Shown: piece after piece, positions 1 to 11,424 of the stretch
Position numbering within the stretch: position 1 is the first letter of the stretch
How the letters are laid out: each line of letters opens with the position of its first letter
From: Heteronotia binoei
Taxonomy: Eukaryota
Length of the DNA: 64,000 bases
NCBI RefSeq assembly: GCF_032191835.1
Contig: NC_083223.1
Location: 138,322,001-138,386,000 of the forward strand
Direction: 5' to 3'
Made by a program: the position numbers and the translations under genes
The notes under the pieces: model-generated
Databases searched by the model: none
What the model was told of the DNA's origin: nothing
The model's input: only the letters and a program-made list of their open reading frames with translations

Positions 1-623
1 GTTCCTTATTAACTAAAAGCTGATACATGCTTCATTTCTTACACACCCTATGGAATTTAAGCGGTGCAGTCCACAGAGAACATTCATGTGTAGGACTGAA
101 ACAAGTTCTTTGCATAGTCTATCAGCCCTTCTCCCAGTCATGGGCATTCTGCACACAAAACTTGGGTATTTTAGTAGATCTTTTGAAATTTCTTTGCTTG
201 CCATCTTTAGATAATGGCATATCTTACAGGAACCATGTTACATCATTATTGAGGCTGGAATCTCACAGTGACATACCTTTGATTTATTTTCTTTGTTTAC
301 AATTAATCACAACATAATTCTGTCTTGATCTGATTTACTTTAAAGATCAGGTGTCATTGGGTACTTTCACACAGCAAATGTTTGCAAGTGGATTCTGCTG
401 TTCTGACACAGTAAAAATCCAGTTGCAAAGTGCATTATTTAGTGTGTGTGAATGTATCCATTGTCCTCTATGGTAGTAATTGTAGTCATGTTGAAGTTTC
501 AGAACGAGAAGACTGTTTAATAAAATAGTGCTGTTTTTAGCTGTATAAACACAAGTTTTGCTCTGTTTGAAATGTGATAATTGATATTTGAATCCATTAA
601 AATTTCACAACTAAGCTTTATTA

Positions 624-1097
624 CAGGGGTGTTATGAGGGCCAGAACTGACATAAATGAGACGTTGTTGGGTCGGGCTGGGCCATGTTGGGCTGAGCCAT
701 GTGTGGAAGAGTAGGTAGCAGAGATATAAACTTTCTAAAGGATAGGCAAACACTACTAAAGATTTTTTTAAAAGACTTAAAACATTAGCACTTGTTGGTC
801 TTAAAGGTGCTTTCTTTGTATCTCTGTCATGGAATCCAGGAAACTTGACAAAAGAAGCTCTGACTCTTTCCTTCCTTTCCCTGGGGACCAGGAGGGGGAG
901 GAGCCTCAACCAATGGAGAAAATTGAGGTTTTGCTGTGTAATCTGTGCAATTGAGCAAGCCTTGTAAAGCAAGCTGAGATGCAGAACGAAGCAAGAGAGA
1001 GGGAGATGGAAGTAGACAAGAGCCAGTTGCTCTGGTGCCTGATGGGAGCTCTCTGGGGGCCTGATTCGGCCCATGGGCCGCATGTTTGACACACCTG
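624..1097. mobile_element. Non-autonomous hAT (Charlie/Buster-like) MITE
   Basis: Ends CAGGGGTGT...GTTTGACACACCTG. Perfect 8-bp TSD CTTTATTA at 616-623 and 1098-1105. Internal sequence matches the copy at 39553-40085. Confidence 0.9.
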
Positions 1098-1265
1098 CTT
1101 TATTATTTCTCAGAAAATAATAAAAAAACCCTAAAATATGTAACATTGATTGTCTTTAATTCCACTGCAAGTATGCATTTAAACAAAGATCCGTTCTAGT
1201 TATTGTGCTGTGTTTATACACATAAAATATCTAAAGTTACTACTGTCTATATTCTGTGGAATCAG

Positions 1266-1338
1266 AACAAATCTGGCAAGAGTCACTCTCAGTTGTTATG
1301 AGCATGCAAACTAGAGGCATAATTCATCCAGAGCTTAG
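1266..1338 (+). CDS. Candidate internal exon of an unidentified gene (EQIWQESLSVVMSMQTRGIIHPELR)
   Basis: Bounded by ...ggaatcag| and |gtactt. One open frame (phase 1/2), non-repetitive sequence. No homolog recognised. Confidence 0.3.
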
Positions 1339-2498
1339 GTACTTTTAAGTTTCATTGATTCTTGCATTGAATTGTATGAGCCTGCTTGCCAGAAAGGTGG
1401 GATACAAATTGAATTAAATAAATAAATAAAATGTTTAACTTTGGCTGATGAAGGTTCTCTGCATTCTCTTCATTCCAGCATCTTTTTTTTTTTTAATGTT
1501 AACCTGGCATTTTGCATTTAAAAAGTTATGGGTAGAATGCCTTTTACTTGCAGTGATTAGCTGTGGCATAAGCACCAGAAACCTCCTCCCTGCATTGCTA
1601 AAGAATATCCTCCTTACACATTTTCCTTACACATTTTGTGGGGCTAATTTAAAAGTGATTTCCCTTAGGATGCTGATACTGAAAATGTATTGTTCATTCA
1701 GAAACAAGGCTTTTTTTCTCCCTGTTTGCTTATTTGTTTCTTTGTTTGGTTTAGTAAGTTGATTATTGGTGTGAAAAAGGAATTCTGAACTGGTATAAAG
1801 AACATATTACATGCGTATTTTAAATGCCATATCTACCTTATGATATTCTTTAAAAAAAATAACCTAGATGACTGCCTTCAAGCAAATCACTTTAAACTGA
1901 CTGTAGTAGCTTTTTTAAAACAATCTTTGGGGAGCTTTATCTTACAAAATCCTCTAATAATAAAGCTATATAAGATTATTATTCATACTCTTTAGTGTCC
2001 CACAAGGGAGATATTATGAGCGCTTCTTTTACTGAATGTCCTTTTTTGGAACACAAGAAGCTAAAATTATCACATAATATTTCTGGCAAACAGTTTTCAT
2101 AATTCACGTAAGTGGTTAGCAGGATGTGGGAGTGGTTACAGTTATAGGGAAAAGATTGAAGTAATATCCCTCCCCTCCCCAATAAAATAATCAAAGCACC
2201 ACATCCCTTTGATTGTAAAGTGTTATTTTTATGGACATTTCAAAAACTAAAGGGAGAATCCCTAATGAAATAAATGTTGAGAGGCTCTAGGCTCTTGCGC
2301 CTGAAGAGTTATTTTGTATGAAAAAGCTGTACTAATGCTACACCCAGTTGACATCACCTGGGAGAACAGAGGTTAATGTTTTAAAAATGAGGGGAAATAC
2401 AATTTGTATGTGTGACATTGAAAGTTGATATTAATATTTTAATACCCAAAGTAAAGGCCACTTGGTTCTATTGCACACATATGTTTCACTTTGGCTAG

Positions 2499-2569
2499 AC
2501 CCTTTCCAAATGCAAGTTTTTACATGCCTGGCAAGAGTAATAGAGAACTGCATTAAGCAGGACAATGAG
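2499..2569 (+). CDS. Candidate internal exon of an unidentified gene (DPFQMQVFTCLARVIENCIKQDNE)
   Basis: Acceptor tttcactttggctag| and donor GAG|gtgcag. Single open frame (phase 1/0). No homolog recognised. Confidence 0.3.
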
Positions 2570-3367
2570 GTGCAGTGACTGCTTCTACCCTTCTGCCCTT
2601 CAAACACCTTTTTTTTTGCACTCCCACATGCAGGCTGCCTTCTTTACTGTAAAACAATAAAGAAACAGAACTGTTCTAGATACTTTGTTTACATATTCTT
2701 TGGGCATGTTGTACTTTCCCTCTTTTGTTTGCTTCTATTTCTGTTATTCTGATATCAGAGAATATATATATATATTTAAAAATGCTAATGCTGGGCTTGT
2801 ATTTATATTGGCTTGTAACAATATCAGTTGGAGTATGAGTTGATACCTGTTGGTGTATGGTGGAATTCTTTTTTAGATACTTTGTTTTTGTATTTCACAC
2901 TGTACTAACAAAAGCACTTCCGATGGGAAAAACTATTTACTTGTTATGTTTTTAGCAAGAGGCATTTTGATTAAATATCATAAGCTTCTTTATAATGAGT
3001 CAGATGATTCATCCATTTATCCCAGTTTCATTTACTCTGGTTGGCACTGACTATCTCAGATCTGACCAAGGTTTTTCCCAGCAGTGCTACCTGACATACT
3101 TTCAACTAGAAATGTAAGAGAGGAATGTGGGTGTCCTTTACATGCAAAATATGTACTCTACCTTTGTGTGTTACTATTCAGCATGGAACAGTAAAGGATT
3201 TGAGCCCATGGCACTGTGGATCACACCATCATGATAATATTGGAAGGAATAAATTGTTTTGTTTTGTTTGCACTGTGTCCTGAAATAAGGGAATCTATTG
3301 CTCTGTCTTTACCTTTCACTAATTTTTAACTCCTTTCTTTCCCACTGTTCTATCCAACAATAATAAC

Positions 3368-3475
3368 AGGAAGACTGCAGATTTACATCCCGCCCTTCTC
3401 TCTGAATCAGAGTCTCAGAGCAGCTTACAATCTCCTTTATCTTCTTCACCCACAACAGACATCTTGTGAGATGGT
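3368..3475 (-). mobile_element. Squam3-like SINE, 3' fragment
   Basis: gatttacatcccgcccttctctctgaatcagagtctcagagcagcttacaatctcc matches the tail of the fuller copies at 4793, 25608 and 46063. Confidence 0.75.
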
Positions 3476-4792
3476 TTTAATTTTTTTAAAAGAAAACTAG
3501 TTCTGGGATTCTAATTCCTAAGTCTTGGGTAAACTGGGAAAGCAGGTGCAAAGAGAAGGATATTGCCATTAATATTGCCTCCTTCTATAGAATTATAAGC
3601 ATTTTAAAGAGTCTACTTGTAATTTTTTTAAGCTCTTGGATGTGGCAGCCTTTTTGTGCAATTTAATTGTTAGCAACCCCAAAAGTAGTGATTTGATGCT
3701 CTGTTTCTTAATGGCTGAAATCTTGCTGTCACTTTTTACATCAGTACAACCTGCGCTGTAAGTTATATCAGCTTTTTATGTTTCTGTATATTTCTCCATC
3801 TTGGAAATTTGACCAGCCATTACCAAGGTGGCCATTCAAAAGTAGTTGCTCTTCTTCAGTCAGAGATGCACAGAGTCTTTCTGTTCTTTCAGAATAATGC
3901 CATAAGGCAAACTGACTCAGCTGTAAAGCATTGCACATAATCTTGAGGGGAAAAATTATTCATCAGAATGACAGGTGAATGGCTGGGCATGGAGAAACCT
4001 GCAGCAGGTTTATATTCTTGTTTCATCCTGTTTCATTTAAATCTGATAGTTTTAAAAGTTAGCAGCAAAAAGGTGCTGGAACTAGATAAAACCATACCTA
4101 CTTCTCCATACAGTTCTTTCATAAAATATTGGTGCTTTGAAAGAATGCTGATTTTTCCCCTGAGCAAATTTAGCTGCTGGATTGGTATCCTGTACAATCT
4201 TAGCAACCTGTCTTCCTAAATAAAGTATTGTACTTTTTTGTTTATGGATTGTTACATGAAAAGTATTCAGAAGGGGAATACTAATTGAATATAGTAGCAG
4301 TGTTCTCAGAATTTGATTAATTTATTAAAATAATTTATTTGTGCAATCCAAAAGAAAGAAAAAAGCATCAGCAGTCTTACTGGCACATCAGGGACCTTGT
4401 GCCAGCTAGAAATGGGCAGGGAAGGCCCTGTGAGGCAAGCTGGCCTCATAGAATGAGAGAGGAGGACCTTTCAAGGGTTGTGAGGGCCTGTTTCAACCTG
4501 TCACAGCCCGCGACCAAGGAGGAGATGGTCAGGACTGCTGCTGCTCTCTTGCGTGGTGGAAATGGAGAGAGAGAATGTGCAGGGCGGGGAGAGGTGGGAG
4601 TATCCCAACAAAAGAAGAAGGACCTTGGGTGAACTGTAACCCCTTTGAGTTCTGAGGCTTCTATGGGGTGACAAGGAACAACAACAACAACAACAAAATT
4701 TTATTTGTATCCCGCCCTCCCCGCCGGAGCAGGCCCGCCAGAACCCCCTCCACCTAGGAATGATGAAGAAAACACAGCCCCAGGTGAGTTTT

Positions 4793-5082
4793 GAAGAAGA
4801 AGAAGAAGAAGATGATGATGATATTGGATTTATAACCCACCCTTCACTTGGAGTCTCAGAATGACTTACAATCTCCTTTCCCTTCCTCTACCCACAACAT
4901 ACACCCTGTGAGGTAGATGGGGCTGAGAGCTCTCAGAGAACTGCTCTTGAGCAGAACAGCCCTGAGAGAGTTATGATCAATCTAAGGTCATCCAGCTGGC
5001 TGCATGTGGAGGAGTGGGAAATCAATCTCGGTTCTCCCAGATTAGAGTTCATGCTCTTAATCACTATACCAAACTGGTTCTC
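4793..5082 (-). mobile_element. tRNA-derived, MIR/L2-tailed SINE (Squam3-like), near full length
   Basis: On the - strand: tRNA-like head with degenerate A/B boxes, body, and L2-type tail ending in a (TTC)n/(TCA)n microsatellite. Confidence 0.8.
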
Positions 5083-5728
5083 CTACCCTCTTCACCCCGA
5101 GACAACCCCAAGTGAGCTGAAGTCATTAATCATGGTCTTCCCTGCCAGTATGGTTTTCTGTCCTCACAATGATCACTCAGAGAGATCCTTTACATTCCTT
5201 TTGGGTGAACAGTATTTCTGTGGCATAGATTTCCTCAGTGAATATTTCCTGAGAGCAACATATCCTCTGGGCAGTACAGCTCCATAGCCAGAAAAGTTTG
5301 GGTGGAGGGGCCCAGGAGAAAAAAAAATTGGACGGGAGCACAGGGCTTGGCTGCGTCTTCCCTCCAGCAGCCAGGTTGCCCAGCTCCAGCTCTCTCTCAC
5401 ACTCTCTCTCTGGCTCTTGCTCTTGCACTCTCCCCCGGGGCCAAGCAACCGGGATGGCTCCGCCTCTTCCATTCTGTGGCAGGAGGGAAAGGGAAGTCCC
5501 AGCCAGCCACCCCCTGAGTGGATCAAGAGGAGGAGCTGGGAAGTGGAAGCCGGCAACACAGCCAGGCAGAAAAGCCTCCCACCCTTGGATGGGGGTGGCG
5601 AGGGGGGGAGCGGCCCGGAGGAAACTGACAAGAACACAAGATGCTGGGAAAGACAGGCAGAGGAGCACACGCCTGCATTCACATGGCCCACAAGGGACAC
5701 TTGGTAGAAGAAACCCAATACATTTCAC

Positions 5729-7260
5729 TGGTGACTAAGGTGGGATCCTGGTGAGTGAGGAGCCTCAGCCATCAGCACTTCACCGTGCATTGTTGAACCC
5801 TGCATCCAGCATTGCGCATCACATCACCATCGCCGGACAACATGGCTGCCGTTCCATGACATTTCGATGAGTTTGACACCACCACCGAGGATTGGGAATC
5901 ATGCGCCTCTGGCTTCGTTTTCTTCCTGGAGTCTGCGAACATAATGGATGATGCAAAGAAGTAGGCCACCTTCTTCTGGGTCTGTGTTACCTGCTGGCGC
6001 CAGCCGACCTCAAAGACATGCCATACCAGACCATCTTGAACCGGCTTCAAGAGCACATCGTGCCCAAACCCTCCATCATAGTGGCCCGCCTTTTGCTCTT
6101 CGAAAGGAACCAGGCAGTGGGTAAGTCAATTACGGCATTCGTTACAGCTCTCCAAAGGGCAGCCCGCCACTGCAACTTCAGCAATCTGGAGGAAGTCTTC
6201 TGGGACCAGCTAGCTTGTGGCCCCCGGGATGAAAGAATATAACAAAGCCTCCTCGCCAAGAAGGACCCCACGTTTCAGGTTGCAATGGAAGAGGCCCTCG
6301 CTGCCGAAGCAGCAGACCAGTTCACTGCAGAGGTCCATCTGCTGCCAAGCCCACCAGTTTCCAGGAGGCCCGCCACTACAGCCCACCAAGTGGAATCGGC
6401 CAATGAAGCGGAAGAGGTCCTACAGCTTCCCCGACCTACTCTCTGCACCTCACGCTTCACCACCACGCCACCTCAGGCTGCCATTGCAACTCCCTGTGCC
6501 AGCTGCAGAGAGCTCCATGAGCGGAGGACCTGCTGGTTCCAAGATGCCCAATGCCGGAACTGTGGAAAGGTTGTCCACCTCGCCCAAGTCTGCTGCTCCA
6601 AAGGGACTGGGAGGTAACAAACTGCACACCAAGAGTCAACGCATGAGATGGAGCTCAATGCAGAGGGCATCCATCTGGCTCCCAGCAAAATCAGCGCCAT
6701 GGTCAACAACCCAGAACCCAAATTCAAACAGGAGCTACAAGCATTTTGGGGGCTCCTGAACTTTTATCACTCCTTCCTACCTCTCAAAGCCACGTTCACG
6801 GAATCCCTTCACCATCTCCTCAACAAAAACACTCTGTGGGTCTGGGGTAAGAAGCAAGCCTCTGCATTCCAGGCCGTCAAAGACCTTCTGATCTCCAACA
6901 AGGTCCTGGTGCCCTTCGAAGAATCCTTACTGGTTGTCCTTGCCTGTGACGCATCCCCGTATGGCATCAGAGCAGTCCTCGGCCATCACCTCCCAGACGG
7001 CAGGGAGGTCCAAGTGGCTTATTACTCCCACACTCTGAACATGGCTGAACACAACTACACACACGTGGATCAGCTCCACCGCCGCATTTTCCTTGCCAAG
7101 CCAGATGTTACACTGAACACCGTGAAGCAACCCCAGTCGGTACCACTGCAGGGGTCAGCAGGAGCAAGCGCCCAGCCAGACTACCAAGAGTCAGAGGAAC
7201 CCACACCAGGCAACTGCTCCACAGCCACAGCCTTCCACTAGCACAGCATTGGAAACCCTG
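5729..7260 (+). mobile_element. Ty3/Gypsy LTR-retrotransposon internal remnant with two large deletions
   Basis: PBS-like ctggtgactaaggtgggat at ~5729. Gag with double zinc knuckle CASCRELH...CRNCGKVVHLAQVC. RT-thumb/RNase H ...ELQAFWGLLNFY...LACDASPYGIRAVL...VAYYSHTL...NY. Post-integrase tail HVDQL. Stops and frameshifts present. Confidence 0.85.
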
Positions 7261-7661
7261 ACAAGGGAACCCGACTCTGAGGCCACGCTTGATTTATTTA
7301 TTTATTTATTTATTATTACTTTAAATTTCTATCCTGCCCTCTCTGCAAGCGGACTCAGGGCGGCTGACAGCATTCATTTTTACAGATTAAAAAGCAATAA
7401 AAAAATAGCTACAGTTTTAAATTATTTAATAACATTTCATTTCATGGTGCTGTATCACTACAATATAATATAAGCAGTGATCATATGGTACTGTATAATG
7501 ATGTAGGGTGGCAGCTCTCTCCCAGTTAGATCTCAAAGGCCTGTCAAAACAGTTCTGTCTTACAGGCCCTGCGGAAAGTAGAGAGATCCAGCAGGGCCCT
7601 TATGGCCTCTGGGAGAGTATTTCACCGAGAAGGCCCTAGCTCGCGTCAGCTGCAACCTAGC

Positions 7662-7879
7662 CTTTAAAGCCCTCTATGGTCAGGGGCCTATCTATCTGTG
7701 GGACCGCCTTTCTCCACATGTTTCCCGGAGAGCACTGCATTCAGGGAGAAAAAAAATCTATTGTCCAGGGATAGACAATAGATTTTTTTTTTCTCCCTGA
7801 ATGCAGTGCTCTCCGGGAAACATGTGGAGAAAGGTGGTCCCACAGATAGATAGGCCCCTGACCATAGAGGGCTTTAAAG
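7662..7879. repeat. Near-perfect long inverted repeat (fold-back duplication) inside the L2
   Basis: Arm 7662-7765 is the reverse complement of 7774-7879 apart from one substitution and A8 vs T10. Spacer CAGGGATA (8 bp). Confidence 0.95.
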
Positions 7880-10375
7880 TTCAATACCAACATCTTGAAA
7901 TGGACTCGGAACACAATAGGTAGCCAGTGCAGCTCTCTCAGCACCGGCCGAATGTGCTCCCACCGGGGGAACCCCATTAACAGCCGTGCTGCAGCGCTCT
8001 GCACTAGCTGTAGTTTCTGAGTCAGCACCAAAGGTAGCCCCATGTAGAGAGCATTACAGTGATCTATTCTTGAGGTGACCGTAGCATGGTTCGCCATTGC
8101 TAAGTCGTTGTGCTCCAGGAAAGTGGCCAACTGCCACACCCGCCGAAGAGGAAAAAAGGCGGATCTAGTAGTGGCTGCTACTTGGGCCTCCATTGTAAGA
8201 GAGGACTCAAGGAGCACACCCAAGCTCTTGACCTTAGGGGCTGGTATTAGTGACACCCCGTCAAGAGCCGGCAGAGGGATCTACCCCCCTGGACTACCCC
8301 GGCTCAGGTAGAGAACCTCCATCTTCGTTGGATTCAGCTGTAACCGACTCACCCTGAGCCAAGATGCTACGACTTGAAGAGCCAGGTCTAGATTTTCCAG
8401 GGTACAGTTGGACTGACCACCCATCAATAGATAGAGCTGGGTGTCGTCTGCATATTGGTGACATCCCAGCCCATAACTCCTGACAATCTGGGCAAGGGGG
8501 CACATATAGATGTTGAATAACATCGGGGACAGAACCACACCCTGTGGCACACCACATGTAAGTGGGTGCCTTCGGGACGATTCCTCCCCTATCACCATCC
8601 TTTGTCCCCGATCCTGGAGAAAAGAGGCCAACCACTGTAAGGCAGAGCCCTGAATCCCCACGTCGGCAAGGCAGCTAGTCAGTAGCTGATGGTTAACCGT
8701 ATCAAATGCGACTGACAGATCTAATAACAGCACCGCTGAGCCGCCCCAATCCAGATGTTGCATGAGGTCATTTATGAGGGCGACCAGAACCGTCTCCGTC
8801 CTGTGACCTGGTCGAAAGCCGGACTGGAATGGATCCAGTGCAGAAGTGTCATCCAGGAATCCCTGTAGCTGAGTTGCCACCATCTGCTCTATAACCTTTC
8901 CCAAAAAGGGAAGGTTTGATACCGGCCAATAGTTCGCCAATAGGCCGAATCTGCAGATGGTTTTTTCAAGAGGGGATGGACCACAGCCTCTTTAAGAGGT
9001 GTGGGAAAAATTCCTTCTACCAGGGATCTGTTGACAATACCCTGTAGTGGCTCATGTAACAGCGGCTGGCTAGCTTTTATAAGCCAGGACAGGCACGTGC
9101 CCAACCCACAGGTCGTAGGGTGTATAGCGAAAAGGATCCTACCGACTTCCTCCAGGCTGAGTGGATTGAAAGAATCTAGAATTGGACCAGAAGAGGTGCT
9201 TGGTGCCTCAAGTTCTTCACTGTCTCAATTATGGTGGGGAGGTCACATCGGAGCGACGAGACCTTATCTGCGAAAAAACTTGGAAAAGCCTCACAGCCAG
9301 TTTCCAATTCTCTAATGTTTGGTTTACCTTGCAGTAAAATTGTTAATGATCGAATTATACTAAATAATTGTGCTGGGTGCGAGGTCGCAGATGCAATCTG
9401 GGACGCAAAGTTAGCCTTCTTTGTGGCTCAGACTGCCATCTCATAGGTCCACATAAATGACCTATAAGATGTTCTCGTAGCTTCATCGCTAGTACATCGC
9501 CATTGTCTCGCTAGTCATCTCAGTCACCATTTCATTGATCGCAGCTATGGGGTATACCACGGAGCGGATCGTGAACGAGGATGGAGAGGATGTCGGGGAG
9601 CGATCTCGTCAATGGCTGTAGAAAGCTGACTATTCCAGTTCTTCACCAGCTCATCTAATGAGTCACCAGAGGGCCAGGGATCCCATAAAGTCATTTGAAG
9701 CCATAGAGGGTCCATCTGCCTTTGCAAGCGAGCTAGAACTTGCTCGCTGCCTAAACGGGGTAAGGGTGGTGTATCCACACGGGCCCTCAGAGCATAGTGG
9801 TCAGATCATGGCACTGCCTCGGCAGAAATCTGATCCACTGCAACGACCGTCGCAAAGATCAGGTCTAACGTGTGTCCAGCCCAATGTGTGGGCGCTCTTG
9901 CATATTGGGAGAGTCCTAATGCTGTCATGGAAGGCACTAGGTCCGTCGCCCGAGTGGAAGCCACGTCTTCGGCTTGGACATTGAAGTCACCCAGGACTAT
10001 AAGCCGAGGATGCTCCAATGCCCAGCCTGCTACAGCTCCATCAGGGATGGTAAGAACCGGCCGGTGCATTAGGCGGACGGTACACCAGCCAGATTGCCAA
10101 CCTCTCCCCAACATCCCACATCAGGCCAGCACACTCTATGGCCATGATCCTTGGCGGCGGAAGCGCCCTGAAGGAGGAATCCTCCCGTATGAAAAAGCCA
10201 CCCCTCCCCCCACCCGCTAGTCCGAGCCTGGTGAAGAACGGAGAACCCAGGTGGGGCTATTTGGGAGAGAGCAGCTGTCTCCCCATCCTGCACCCAGGTC
10301 TTTGTCACGCAAGCGAGGTCCATGTCCTGCCTGATTAAAATACCCTGCAGAACTGAGGTGTTATTATTTATACCA

Positions 10376-10573
10376 GTGTCACTGTGTGACTTCCCCAACA
10401 TAATGATGTCACATGGAAGTGACATCATCATGTTGGGGATGTCACGCAGTGACACTAGTATTTTAGGCAAACTCTATGGTTACCAAAGAGTTTTGCCCAA
10501 AATGCCAGAGCATTGCCATGCAGTGTCCCTGATGTGATGATCTGGCTTCTGCACAACGTCATCACATTGGGGA
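10376..10573. repeat. Triple-hairpin cassette interrupting the start of the L2 endonuclease
   Basis: 37-bp arms 10376-10412/10419-10455 (3 mismatches). Second hairpin 10460-10503, third 10526-10540/10559-10573. No counterpart at the equivalent position of the second L2. Confidence 0.8.
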
Positions 10574-11424
10574 TATTGTGCCAGGTTGTGGCAGACCAGT
10601 CCTGTGTCTGTTAGCTGGCCCCGATCCTGCCCAGCTCTTCCTGGTATACTGACCTGAAAGGACTGTTCCACTTTGCTGCCTCCGGGTATTCGCTGCCACC
10701 ACTGTCCCTCTCTGGGCTCTGATTAGGCAGGACAGCCTCCTAACCTCCCTCTGGACTCGCTAAGAACCCTTCTTGGGGCTTCCTAGGGATCTTTGGGGCT
10801 CCCCTGATAAGTTGGCAACCAGCCACTGTGCCACTTCTCTCCACCCTAAGGATTCCTGAACCCACTGTTAGCGTTTCAAGCGGTTGGGGGAACTATGTCC
10901 GCCGATGGCGGCGGTGGCGGTAGAAGCCTAGACGCTAGGGCTCCCGCCTTGGCAGCTAACAAACAACAATAATAAGACTGAAATAATAATAACTAACAAC
11001 TGAGCTGATACAGCTGATACAGCAGTAATGAAGAACAGCAACGGAACACCAACGGAGTGATAAACAAAGAAATCTCACCGGCAAAAAGCGGAGGCAGCAG
11101 CCGGAGACCTGCCTGGCCTGGTGCTGCAACGGAGGTGAGGCGCAACCGCGGCCCGTCGTGAGACGTTGCCCGAGGGAGCGGTTGTGAGTGCAGAGTGAGA
11201 GCCAGCCGAGGACGCCGCGGACGAGCCACGGGCGTCGGCCAGGGGGGCCAGGGAGTAGCAGCAGAGCCCAGTGGAGCGGAGGGGCCGAAGTGAGGCGAGC
11301 GGCAAGTGAGCCCCGGGATGGGGGCTTTGGCGGGCGTTCTTCGGCCCGCCTCCTGCTCCCCCTTCTATCATCTCGCGCCCACTCACCCATCCATCCACCC
11401 CCCTCTGCCTACAAGCGCCGAACA

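Larger units (their letters stand above)
7291..11420 (-). mobile_element. L2-clade LINE, near full length, degraded
   Basis: APE (DLACVTKTW, LIVLGDFN, GHTLDL) and RT (PVSNLPFLGK, QSGFRPGHRTET, GVPQGVVLSP, QYADDTQLY). 3' tail with (TAAA)n at ~7291. GC-rich then AT-rich 5' leader up to ~11420 (5' boundary approximate). Confidence 0.92.

Noticed and set aside
517-1146. 209-aa ORF
   Set aside because: Lies almost wholly in a non-coding hAT MITE; the same peptide fragments recur at the 39553 copy.
5173-5738. Long overlapping ORFs (146-183 aa) on both strands
   Set aside because: GC-rich, low-complexity sequence with no protein motif. It may be LTR or MITE sequence ahead of the Gypsy, but no matching 3' LTR was found, so it is not called.
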